A stretch of DNA of 54,048 bases, the filler included, from Sphacelaria rigidula (lineage: Eukaryota): NCBI GenBank assembly GCA_964200075.2. It is 2 parts of 2 records of this genome, joined end to end, with 100 filler letters (N's around TTAATTAATTAA, not from the genome) between each part and the next. Parts side by side here need not be neighbours in the genome. Positions count along the whole stretch, not along the records: positions 1 to 26,990 come from CAXNAA020000125.1; 1 more part is not named here. One strand, given 5' to 3'. The translations under genes and the position numbers were made by a program. Shown one piece after another: positions 1 to 13,300 of this stretch; the first letter of the stretch is position 1, and each line of letters begins with the position of its first letter. Below the pieces are notes generated by a model. It made no database searches. It worked only from the letters and a program-made list of their open reading frames with translations, and was not told the origin of the DNA.

Positions 1-118
1 AAACAAAAAAGGAAAAAACTCCTGTGCTGACCTTCCTTCTGTGTGACCCCGGCTGATGCGCCCACATATACCGAAAGGTGTAGACCGGCGTCCAGAATAA
101 ATGGGACAACACACACAG
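1..118 (+). repeat. Dispersed retroposon-tail-like repeat, family A, copy 1 (truncated by window start)
   Basis: Core gtgtgaccccggctgatgcgcccacatataccgaaaggtgtagaccggcgtccagaata followed by a CA tail; homologous to the copies at 8405, 38465 and 49084. Confidence 0.8.
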
Positions 119-1332
119 TGAAACAAATCTACGGATCGCTGTCAAAATGAAGTGTAACCACGCAGACATGAAGCCCAGGGTGAGTAGGATTTTGGCTAAC
201 TAACTGGTACAGGCACGCTGCACGGTACAAGTATTGCGAACGACCGTGGTACGAATCAGCCACCCATGGGGAGCCGAGCCTTTCAGCGCACTTCATCCCT
301 CGTCTTCTCCCCCCCACTGCTTGCCTAGGATATGTTGATATCATCTGAACGACATGCGTCTGGGCATCATTATGTTTCTGAGGGGTATTAGGCACCACCC
401 CTTCTCTCCCGTTGAGTACCACCTCAGATCAGCTCAGGCAAATAAATTCAGGGCCCTAAAACTTGCAGTAAGCGGGGGTGTTATACTCCGTCATGTACAT
501 CACTGGAAACAAGTACTGTACTACCATTCTCTGCAGTGACCCACTACTCCGCCGAATCCCCTCCGCACTTACCGCTCTCTAGCATGACCCCCACTAGTTT
601 ATTTATATACCCTCTACAAGTTCTACACCGACCGTCTCCATCGAGTGTGGACACATAAGGGTGAGAGTGCATCGACTATGTTGGTTAATCATATCATGTC
701 AAACATCATGCACCAATTGCATAACTGGGTAACAAAGCCACGCCTCTTTGTTGAAGAGCCACAGCGAGCAAACCCTAGAGTTGCGGCCAGGCTACGTCAT
801 GCTCTCGTCATCACAATGATGATCACACCCCATCAGGACGTCTGTAGACAAGCAGCGCCAGATGCCAGTACTTCTAAACAAGCGCAGCGCAAACACCATG
901 TACATAGCTGGCAGCACGCTGGGCGCTCATGAGAAGCAGGCTTGGAGTGTCGCTGGCGGAGACATTATATCTGAACAAGGTTGCAGTCAAGGTCATGGGG
1001 TATTATCCAGGACTTACATTGAACGCATCAACTGCGCAAACTCCAGTAAATGCAATCACAATAGTCCTGTTGATCCTCATGTCAGAGCTTGGCCTGGGCG
1101 CCACTGAGCTGTACTGCATGCTCTCCGCTGCGTGTATCATCAAAGACATAAAAAAAACGCGCTCTTTTAATTGGTCCCGCTGCATGGTGGTTCCGCCGCA
1201 TGTTATATGTTCGGCAGGATGCATGACAATGTCTATGTTTTTGTGGATATAGATCCATCATCAGGAGAGCCACGCTTCTGCCCTGGCCGGACCATACGCT
1301 TATTGCCCTGCGCCTTTGAGGAACGGAGTAGC

Positions 1333-4300
1333 ATGGATCCGGAGGGTAGCTACGCCAGCATTAAATGCAGGCTGCGGCAGCATCAACGCCGCAAGGATAA
1401 CCTGGCGACGGAGAATGCCGGCAGTAAGCAGGTAGAGTCTTTTGATGTTGCACAGTTTGTTCCGGAGCGGCCCTTTCCTGACTGGGTGAAGCATCGTTCA
1501 AAAGGAGGCAAAGTATCACTGAGTGCCAAAAGCAACGGCGAGGCGTCAAGGAGAAGTGATTCATCGCTGAGCGGGGGAATGATGACATTGGATCTGAACA
1601 ACATGCGCAAGGACTGGAAATCAAGAACGACGCGGAGGGCCGAAAGCTTGCGCAGGACACGAGTGATGCAGAATCGGCGGCCGGAGGCAGTTAGAGATTT
1701 TCCAGGGGTTGTTCGCCCCTTAGCTATCCCATCCGATAGCCCAGTCGCCGTGTACGCGCGTACCAACGGCAGCAGCTCGCGGAAAAGATTTGGATCGATT
1801 ATAGCCGTGGGGGGAGATAGCTACAACAGCCAGGACGCAACCCCCTGTGTCATCACAGAGAGCAGCCAAGAAACTGAACCTCTCCCCCTGATAGACAAGA
1901 CCTACTTGACTCTTGATCAGTCAAAACTGCCATTGGAGGTAAAGAGGGCACTGTGCGACACCTGTGGTTTGCGTGTATCCGTCTCTCTACCATGCGGTTC
2001 CATGTCCAACGAAACGTGTACTGTATAGTATACTCGGTTGTGCGCCAATATGCATGTACATTCATGTTTATGCCCGTAACTCCACCATCACTTGGACGCA
2101 GAGGCAAAATTAACATGCACCAGCGATGTGCTCTTTCGATGTGGTGCTCAGATTTTTGACAGTGTCGACGACACAGATGCTATGGGTGCGCACAGCACTT
2201 GGTTCGGGGCTGGGAGCGAAGCGATGGCCCCGTTCTATGTGGGCAAGGAATGGCAGTGGAAAAGATGTTCGATCTTGTCTTTTGATCCAGACAACAACAA
2301 GTATCGAGTGAAGTTCGTGCCTGATGGACCTGAGAAGGTCGTCAAAAGATTCAATCTTTTGTTTGATATCGAAAGCAGAGACAAGTGGCAATGTTCCCGT
2401 GACGCAGCGAAGATGTCGCGAGAAGCTGCGAAGCAGCGTCTTCGTTTTGACTACTTCGTGTCGCAACAATCAATGGAGGAAGTTAGAGCTATCCAAGGTT
2501 CAACCATCAGAGGGATCCACCAAAAGGTGGCAGACGGCTTACCATTGGACGTGGCCTTTCCTGAGCAAGGAACAAAGCTTGGAGCACTCTTACGAGAGCT
2601 GACGAAGGAAGTCATTCAGCAACACACACGCTCAATGAAGAAGAGTATCTTGTTCTACAAATTGAAGCACTCGAAGGCGGAGCGAGAAAACTACGATCGA
2701 CTCGGGCTACCACATGTCCCAGAAGCTGCGCCGATACCCTGGTCAGCAAAAGTCGGCATTCCAAAGCATCCTTACAGCGAGCGGCGGAAAGCAATGGGCA
2801 ACGTTCACTACAGCTGCCTGGCAGAGGTGTGTGGACCTGGTCTTGGGCGTCGAATGCAGATAAAATAGATGCCTTACTTGTGCAGGTACTGGCTTCAACG
2901 GCATTCGCCCCCTCGAACGTTCGTGGCGTACACGTGTCCAGGTGCTCCACGCCTTTCTGTGGTTGTACGAAGTGTGGGAAGGAACGTTCCTGGAAGAAAT
3001 ATTTATGGGCTCCGACCTGGCGACGTTGACGCTACCGTGCGACATCGAGAAATTCTGCGCGATCCAGGCAAGAGTCTGGTTCCTTCTCTGTTCCCCTCCT
3101 GGAACTCCAAAAATCGTCATGGTGGTTATTGTACGTATCGTGTCTTCGCTCCGTCGTGTTTGCGGTTGCACCGCCGTCGCCTCTGTCCCTGTGAGGGAGT
3201 CGACCGTTTCATAGGGCGATGTTTCTCACACCGTGGTAATACCATTCAGTCTCGCGCCAACGCGTCGGCTACCCGCTACTCCAGCTGACCCTTGTGCGTT
3301 CCGCTGAGGTGTGTCTATAATGTAGTTTTGAATATTTACTGCCACGAACGAACAACTCCAGACCTCCTCCAACCATGATGCATACTCCAGATAAGTACTA
3401 ATATGGTGCACGAGCTACACCAAACAGGAAGTCCAGCCGTCACCCACGTCACGACGAATTAACCGTCCGAATAACATTTTCCGTACGAAACTACAGTATT
3501 TTATCGAGCACGTGGGCAAGACACATTACACTGTTGACCCTGTTGAGCACTGTTTGCGCTCTGCCAATTGTACGTTCAGTAATATAGAACAAAGATGTCA
3601 GAGTGCCTCCCCGGCCAAACGGACTTCCGTACCTCGGCTCGAGTGGGAGCTTGAGTAGGTGTTCGAAGAGTGGCGACTGACGTTACAAAAGATTGAAGGG
3701 TCCTACTGTGGAGTTTTACACGGTTTACTGCTGCGATAAACAGAGGCCAGCAACGCGTACAGGCTGATCCCGACTTCGTTACTTTGCTTGGCGCTTGCAC
3801 GAACTTGAGCACGCATCTTACCCCATAAAAAGCTTTACTATGATGTTGATGGTCCAAAACCAAAACGAAGCGATGGATAAAATGATAGTTGCATCAGAAT
3901 CTCAAGGCTTGTGACATGACCAGCAAAATCTCACGCAACCGACAAACGGGAAAAGCTCTTATACGATCTAAACTAGATCCGGCCGGTTTATATATATATA
4001 TATATATTTATCATAAGGCCAAACCTAAAGAGGCCAAGCTCCACCTCCTGGATGATGAACTTCACGATTCGGTAGTGAACACGCAAGATTTAATCGATCT
4101 CTCCTCGCCGCCGCTCACGCCCCAGATGTTACTCGTATCTCTGTCGTGTTGTGCAGTCGGCGTGTTGCGGACGCCTCGAAGAGCGTTTGGCACAGGACTG
4201 GCGCCGGGCTTTCTCGGAGCAGCTCGTCGATTCTGTGCAGGACATATACGACTTCTTTCAGAGTGATGCTCGCCTCTTCAATTCTTCTGCTCTCTTTCGT

Positions 4301-7300
4301 TTATTGAAACATTTGGAGCTTCGGATGAACTCACAGCTCCGGAGTTTATTCACGGTAAGGGCTGGAAATAGACACTTTCAGAGATGTACGCCCATGTAAT
4401 ATTTTTGGTTGGTTGCCATTTGTTAAGGGGCAGGGGACGCTACGTAGACGGATCCTTGATCTCCCATACATGCCGACAGTAAACCAGACATGGCAAGAAT
4501 AGCGCTGTGTTTACTTTGGCGGTAGGTCCACGGTCACAATATGCTCGCCTGTTCCGATCCATTTATCAAGCTCCCGCTCCACATGTGGTATTCCAGTATT
4601 CACACACAGCAAGAATCACTGCAAGAGAATGAACAGTAAAGTTGGCTCAATACTACGCGCTCATATGTGTACACTTCGTATCTCACAGACCATGCCGAAC
4701 TGCCCTTGTAGGAATCTTTGCTGGCGTGGCGTCGGTTCGTGGAGAAGTACACACCTGACACCGTGGAAGTCAACACGAATGCTGCCGGAAGTATTTCATT
4801 ATTCGATGTCCGGCTTCAGGTGGGGGTGGGTGATGATGGCCAGCCCCAGGTATCTGTTGTACCCGGACTTCAGGACATCAAGCACGCGCTCGTACGAATC
4901 GTTGACGACATGGTCGCTGCGGTAAAGGTAATACAACCGTCAAAGTCCGAGTGATGTCAGCGTTTCCGGAAATAAACGCGTGGGAGAGTTGCTGACCGCA
5001 GAGCACGTGCTCAGTGCATGTCGCGTGCTGCGTTGGAGGACACGAAATACAGCATGTTGTTCTCAACAGCTACAGCAATTTAGAGCTCGCGCCAGTGAGA
5101 TAACGTGACCAACGAACTCTGTAGCAGAAACTCACAGTTGATCATGCCACACCACAGCACATAATAGGGCTAAGCTGGAAGTGTCGGTAGTGGCCGTTTC
5201 CTAAGCTGGTAGGACACCCTGCGGGTTCTTCGAAGTGGACTGACTACCTCGTGACTTCTTACATATTTTTCACGGTGAGCGGCGTCTACATGCACGTGAT
5301 GCCATCTGTTTTGCGCGCTTCACACACAGGGTTTCACCACTATCGATACCGACCTCATGTCACTGATGCATCTCAGCGTGCGCGCCATTTTCAACATCGG
5401 AGCTGGCGAGGAAACTTACGCAGACGTAGAAGCAATGCTTGACGAGACAAAGGTCTACACCCGGTACGAAATCCAAAAACGCGGGCGATACACAAGATAA
5501 TTCTCTGTGTATTATTCTGCGTGAAAACAGTGTCATTATTGCGGTTGTCAAACAAGCATTATCATGAAAACTCCTGGCATCATCTCTCCTTCTCTCTGCT
5601 GTGGATAGTCCTAGACGCAGCATCTAGGCACACGTTACACTGAACCAACACCTCCACGTCTTTTGGTGCGTTAACAACAAACCCACGTTGTTCATAGCGA
5701 GCGGGTGACCCAAGGAATGAAAGGTGCGGAGCAGTTAGGCACCAAATATGGCCGGTATTGCTACCTAATGGGAATTGACACGGAGGATTTCGTGTACTCT
5801 TTTGCGGAGGCGTCGCCAGCGCCAACCGATGCCGAATACTTTGCAAAGGTCCGCGAGCTACACCAGGCCGCAGAGGCTATTAGGACATGTTCGTTGAAGT
5901 GCGAAATCTTCAAGCTCGTCCGTGTGGACACTTCGGAGGCGACTCAGGTGATGTCGGCGCTTTGCGTCGCCTATCAATGACTTCGTTGCATACATGGGAA
6001 AAAAACAGTCTGCCCCGCGAAGCGTGTGTTGTCCTTAGCCCATCGCTACTTGTGCTGATATGCCTACTGCAGGTGCTTAACTCCAAGGCAGTGGATGTCA
6101 GGGATTCACTTCTTGAAGCTCTAGTGGTGAAAGCTCGAGAGCAGAACAACGACATCATCTCTCGTTACAATGCAATCCTAGCGAGAATAGCAGAGAAGCC
6201 GACTAATGAGGCGGACTTGGCTGGGCTACGCGGCTTCATTGCTGACTCGAAAGAGAAGGTATAAGAATACGTAGTACACACGTAGTACACAAAGTAGACA
6301 CCACCTTCGTTAACGCCTACTCTAAATACCGTTCCATCACCAGGTCGTGAACCCGTGATCAAAATGATATACCCCCCATGCGCATTTTCTTTGCGTCTAC
6401 TCTATCGCGCAATATCGTACTCCACCATAGGTTTCCGCCCTGATGTTGGAAGTCAAGGGAGTTCACGCCCGCCTGGGAACGCTGAGTGAGTTTAACTATC
6501 GTATGTCTGAAGAAGACATTCGTTTGTCTTGGAGGACAATGGATTACCCAACGGTGAGGATAGGACTACACAGATATTCTCCGCTTCTTGTGTTTTTGCT
6601 GACGCTTCGGTACACTGAACACGATGGCAGCGAACATGCTCAATACCCGATGAATAGTGGAGCATGCAGGCACAAACTACCGGCGATAAAAACTTTCCAT
6701 GTTCTGCACATGTATGTATATGTTCAAGCAGGACTCGCCCGTACTCGATAAATAATGATTCACGGTATGTTGAGCGCACTCTAAGGTAAATATGGAGTCC
6801 AGCTGCTCCGTGCTCGTGATGATTTGCAGCAGCATGCCGCATATTGCGTAGAGAGCGTCGGCTGCCCTCGTGATCATAACGTCATGCAAAGTCAGAAAAA
6901 TCCAGAACTGTATGTACTGCAAGATCAAGCATGATTGCAGAGGGGCGTGCGACTGCGGCCCACGTCGCGTACCGAACATGAGGACGAGATCCAGTGACCA
7001 GAGAATAAACAACCCTAATGCCCATACAGGAACGTATGAGGAAGTCTGCCCTACCACCCGACTTCACTCTCACCATCAAATATCCGGAGTGTTCAGTGCC
7101 TGATCCTAAGTGTGTTCCCAACCTTCGCGCTGTTCGGCCCAGCCTTTTCTACATAACATCCAAAAGTGACGCTTACCGTTTATTCCGTATATTGAATACC
7201 TCAGATGGTGGACCATGCTGCAAGTAAAGCAGAAGAAGCCTTGGAAATTGACAAGGTGAGATAATAATTTGTATGTTGCGTACATGCTGCAGGAATGTTC

Positions 7301-10300
7301 GTGCCTCATCCCGCATCCACGGGGATTTTACGCGTGGCATGACCGACTCCGATCACTTCTCCATGCGCGGCCAGGTGCGGATGATGGACAAGCTGGCACT
7401 CGAGATGGAGACATTCGAGGAAATTTTGGAGCGATTCGAAGTGGATGTGAAAAGAGCCAAAGAATGTGGAGACTACTCTCAGATGGTGAGGCCACTGTGT
7501 GCGGAGCTGTCGTTGGTTGATTTGAGCATGTCTCTATCCCATTATATGCAGTGTGTGCCTGTGCACAAGGTACGTTGCAACGCTCGCTTACATTCTTCTT
7601 CTGAATCCAGGAGACAAACACGGACTATGTCAACAGCATTCAAGACGCGATTAACGATGCGAAAGCGAAGGCAGAGGACTTCAACTCAAGGGAAAAGGTA
7701 TCTTGCTTGTCTTGCGATGCGATAGGGTACCAAGCTTGAAGCATAAGAGGCGGCCGTAGCTTGGTGACAAAGTGCGATCGATACCTTTTCACAACAAATG
7801 TCGTTGTTTCTTGGGTGAAGGAGGGGTAAGGGAACTCGTACCGACACCAACAGAGTGGGATCCCTTTCATCGTCTGTCTGTCTCCTGTCTGCCCCCCCTC
7901 CTCCCCCCTCAGGTGTTTGGATTTCCACCTACAGAATATCACGTGCTGGGGAAAGTCGAGGAGGAACTGGAGCCATTCTATAAGCTATGGAACATGATAT
8001 CTGACTTTCACGCTAGCCGGAAAGAATGGCTCCATGGGTCATTCCTTGGTGCGCCCCATTCACCGGCTTGTAGCCCTGTTGATGCGATATCTATTTTTGT
8101 CTAAATCCCAGCTAGCCGTGTCGAGCAGCAACGCACTTGCAGGACTTGAACACGAGGTAAAACCCACGCAATTGTCTCTCTCAATGCCGCAGAACTCAAT
8201 GGTGCCACTATCGAGCGGGATGTCACAGACTGGTGGAAAAGTTCCTATCGGTTAAGCAAATCTCTAGAAGACGAATTTCCAGCAGCTGCTCAGTGTGCTT
8301 CCAGACTACGGGAGGACACGACCGCCTTTCGAGAACACCTACCCATCATTCAGGTACTCTTTACTCCGCGTGATTGATTGCGAGCAGAATAACATGTGTA
8401 CTCTAAAGAAAACAAGGCAAGCACCGCAGAACGACGGTGGAGTACCAAAACAAAAAATGAAAGAAGAAACTCCTATCTTGGTCTTCCTCCTGAGTGACCC
8501 CGGCTGATGCGCCTACATATACCGAAAGGTGTAGACTGGCGTCCAGAATAGATAGGATAACAACATACAGAACACACAGAACACACAGAACACACAGAAC
8601 ACACACACTCTTCCTTCGATGAGGTGGCGCATCTCAACTACACTCTGTACGTGTACTTTCCACTTCTGTTCGTCCAAGCAGGCGACTGTGCACGTTCGAA
8701 AGTCAACGAATAAATTACATCTCCCGAGCCATAAGATTGGGGCAAACAAGCTCGCGAGTTTTTTTTATTATGCGTCATTAAAAAATCAAGGCTACCCCTC
8801 AAACCGGCGCTGCATGCGTCTTTCCCACGTCGTCCATGTTTCTAAAACGGCTCGAAGATGGTAATGCGATTTTTTTTATCGCTGCTATTCGGCTTAAGGA
8901 CGGCCATGTGAGGTTTGGTATCGGGTTCAGAGATGGGTCATATTATACTTTCACTTTCGCCATCCAAACCCAAAAATGGCCGTGTGATCTTAGTGCCGGG
9001 TCCAGAGATTGGCGTGTGAAAATGCTGTTGCCGCAGCCGATCATGTGTATTTCGAGTGACGACGTATGTTCTCGTACCGACAGGATCGGTTATCATGACT
9101 TAAAAAATGGGAGTATGGGGATAACATCCGCTCTCCAAACACCTTCTCGCATACCATAATAATCCCTATTTCGTACCAACATTTTCGAGCCACGATGTTT
9201 TTGAAAAGTGCCAGTTTGTGCCATAATAATCATCCACTCGGGATACTCGAAATATACTATCGGATCATAATTCCAAGGTCAAACGCGCCCGCCCGTTCTG
9301 GCCAAGCACCAATGCGTTGTCTTGTTTTTTTGGATCGTGTAGCGCCAGGCCACCGCGCCCCGGTGGTCTAGATTAAAATGGTACAACTGGCACCATCACG
9401 GTAGGGAAGACGCGGGTCTGATCCCCGCCAGAGGTCTCTAGTTTGGCCATTTTCTCAGAAAAATCTGATTTCCGTCGTTGAATGTGTGAGGGCGCCATTG
9501 TAGTTACAAGAATATTCTGCTTGGCTGAGTTTGTTAAATGATAGTCAAGGCGATGCGGGAGTGCTGATCGACACAACCATACCAAATTGAAAGGTGTGTA
9601 CCGCGGGAGAGATGGGTCGATCCCTTGGGACCACGGACTCGCCCCGAGGAAGGAGAGGAGTTGGAATTGGGGGAGGGAAATGCCACTCCGTTCAGATGGC
9701 GCGAGCGCACCGCAAACCACCACACTTATTGTGCTTGTTGCCCAACAATGTTTCGGAAAAACGAGTGTTGGATTTATTTGAGGACATGCCCACCCATCCG
9801 CGTCACCCTCCCACGCTAGAGACGGCAACTTCATCTCCTCAATGATGTAGCTGAAATGTGTCTGACAAAGAGGCGCTACGTGAGAAGAATAGCCAACCAG
9901 TCAGCAGTGGAGTACTCGTAGGTGTAGACCACTTGGCCAGCATTTTCTCTTGGGCTTCCAACGCCAATATCCGAGTCTGCGCATGGTCAGAAGAGAACAA
10001 TTTCACTAAATAGCCATGCACCGACTAGGTCTGACTGCATGTACACTCCCAGGAATTTCAAAAAGCACATCCACAGCAAGCGTGATCCTAACTAATCGTG
10101 CACAAGCTTTCCCCTCGTGATCGGCACATGTACACATGACCAAAATCATTTTACGCACACTGTCAAAGCTTGTGTGCTTTATGTGCTATTGCCTCGAACG
10201 TTACAAAAGAAATAATTCGTTCGATTTTGCTCTTGATCAGCTGCGTTTTACGTGTCGGGTTTTGTACGCGTGTATCCTTCACGTGTATATGCTCTCGAAC

Positions 10301-13300
10301 TGGTTCAAATTTGGCCATGTAAGGCTTGTGCCCAGCTCAGATATGAAGATATGATGTGAGGGCTTGCCCGGCATGCAAAAATCCTTAAATTTTCTTCGTT
10401 GAAACGCATTGTCGTGAATACAGGGCAAAACTACACGGGGCATCGAACAGGCCTACCTTCAAAGGGCGAGTTTCGATCCATAGTCGTTAGTTGTTGGACC
10501 GAGCATTGCTGTATGCCTCATTCAAACACCCCCAAACTACTTCACCTACAGGCCCTGGCCAGCCCGGCTTTGAAGCTGCGCCATTGGAGAACCCTGAGCG
10601 ATAAAACCGGAAGTACTATCGACCCTGACGAGGAGTTGACATTGCAACAGCTGGTTGATTCAGATGTGGGACAACACATTGAAACCATCCATGAGGTCAG
10701 TGCTCGAGTGATGAGGGGATTTTGGTGAAAATGCACTTGCTCACAGCGTAAAAAGTGAAACGACGTTGGCGTACGCCGAAACATGCATCCCTCCGTTTTG
10801 GAAATGACAACACAGGTGTGCGTGGCTGCCGAGAAGGAATATGGGTTGGAGAAAGCGTTAGCCGGGATGAAAGAAGAATGGGCAAGCTTGGAGTTCGAAG
10901 TTAAGGCTTACAAGGAAACAGGGACATTTCTGGTTTCTGGCGTGGACGAGATTATCACGCTTCTAGACGACCATATCGTCAAGACGCAGACCATGCGAGG
11001 GTCACCGTACATCCTTCCTATCGAGATTGAGTGCAAGGTAAGCCACGAGCATCGTACTTGTTTGTTGGTCTGCGTGCACGCGCTCGCATTGGTCGCCAAA
11101 CCTAGGCGGCCATTATTTCAAGCAACACTCAATATCGTACCGCCGTTGCACACACAGGCATGGGAATTCCGCCTAAAGTACGCACAAGGGCTTGTGGACG
11201 AATGGATTAACTGCCAGAGGACGTGGCTATACCTTGAACCCATTTTCTGCTCTGAAGACATAATGCGGCAATTGCCAACGGAGGCGCGTAGATTCAACAG
11301 TGTGGACCAGCTTTGGAGGAAGGTAAGATACTACAGCGACCACAAAATGGTTCTCTCTGTAGTGCTGAGGCACATCGAAGACCGTGTCCGGAGTTAAGGC
11401 GCTTGCTGTGTTTTTCATGTACTGAGAGGTTGGCGTGCTAGTCCTGCACACACTGAAGCATGATCATTTGCGCCTCGGTACTTCTGACCTTTTCCCTCAC
11501 ACATTGTCCCGTGACAGACCATGGAAGAGACGAATAAGGATCCAAACTTTATGGCACAGGCTGACACAGAAAAAAAACTTGAGGAGAAGTTTAAGGCTGC
11601 CAATCAAAAGCTGGAAGAGATACAGAAGGTTGGTAGAGGGTGATGTTCTGTGGTTCGTTATGCTACTTTGAGGTACTTGCATGTATATCTACTGTAGTGC
11701 ATCAGACTGGGCGAAAAGTGATATTTAGCTTTCAGTTCGAGAGTATGTTGGGTCCGACAGGTGTTTTTGTATCTTATGCAATACCCATAGCAGGCCATGC
11801 CCGTAACTGTACTCATACGCATCAACGCGCTGCTGATGCTCCCAACGTCTCCAATGCAGGGTTTGAGCGACTATCTGGAGATGAAGCGCTTGTTTTTCCC
11901 TCGGTTTTTCTTCTTGTCGAACGACGAGCTCCTGGAAATCCTCTCTCAAACCAAAGAGCCTCGTGCAGTACAGCCGCATCTCAACAAGGCTTTTGAGGGG
12001 ATTGCAAAGTGCAAATTCGAGGAGGATCTCAAAATCACGGAGATGGTATCTGCCGAGGGAGAGGTACGTGGATTCTTCGACTCCGGAGTCATGCTACGAT
12101 AGGGTGGGGGGGGGAGTGACTGCACGAAAAAGAGGGCTCATAGGGGTATCAGACGACCTGACACTGACAAACTCGAGGTGCGCATGTATTTGGGGAAAAC
12201 GATGTCAAGCAGTATGAATGAGCGTTATTTGTCGGTGACAAGCGCGTTCGAACAACCGTTGCTGCTTTCAATGACGATTTGAAGTGAAATTTCGTTGAAG
12301 GAATTGCCCCCCCCCCTCTATCGTAGCATGACTCTCTGGGGCTTAATCGAGTGGTACCGACTTCGGTGCCTGAGGATCGTACCCGTGTATGTAAGCGGTA
12401 TACAGCTAGCGTTCGCATTTATTTTTGCAAGTCTGCTGACCATTGGCAGAAGAACAATGTGTGGTTTTCGTTGGAATTTCCACCCCTGTTGGGCATGCAT
12501 TGTTTGCCATTGGATTGTAACGTGCGGAGCACAGCGCGTATTCTTGCGCACGTATTGGCTGGAAGTCGACGTCCACATGACCCTGTTTTCCCGACACAGA
12601 CAGTTGTACTTGACCGCGCCGTGGATCCTGAAAGTTCAGCTAACAAGGGCAACGTCGAGCGGTGGCTCCTCGAACTCGAAGCAATGCAGTGGGAATCCGT
12701 CAGGACGCAGGTTACACTAGCACTTGATGAGTACCCCACAATCACTCGCGAACAGTGGGTTCTCAACTGGCCGGCGCAAGCCGTTCTTGGAGTCAGCCAG
12801 GTGTGTGTGCATTGTAATCCAGTGCTCTAGAGGGCAGCAGTTGTTGAAGTGTGAAGCGCTTTCCCTGTCACGCTGACCGTGCGGCGGTCGTTCAAGAACT
12901 GCTCACACGACGCAGCAGTATAGGAAACGCAGAGAATGTCGGCGGGTATCTCATCTGCTCAACAAGTGTCAATTGCACCAGATCGTAGCTGCTGTCCGTC
13001 GATCTTCGATGGCTTCAGGTGTTCTGGACGCAAGACGTCGCCACTTCAATTAGAACTGGTGGGGTGAAAGGCCTAGAGCAAATGGTGCAGGTACTGAACA
13101 CCCAGCTGCGGAGTATCACTGTCCTTGTGCGAGGTCAGCTTTCGAAGCTTGAAAGACGAACACTTGGGGCGCTGTGTACCATTGATGTCCACGCGAGAGA
13201 TACAGTCGTCAAAATGATCGAGGCTGGCGTGTCTCACGAGGACGACTTTGACTGGATGAGTCAGCTTCGATATTACTGGGTAGCTGCGTGGAAAGACGGT

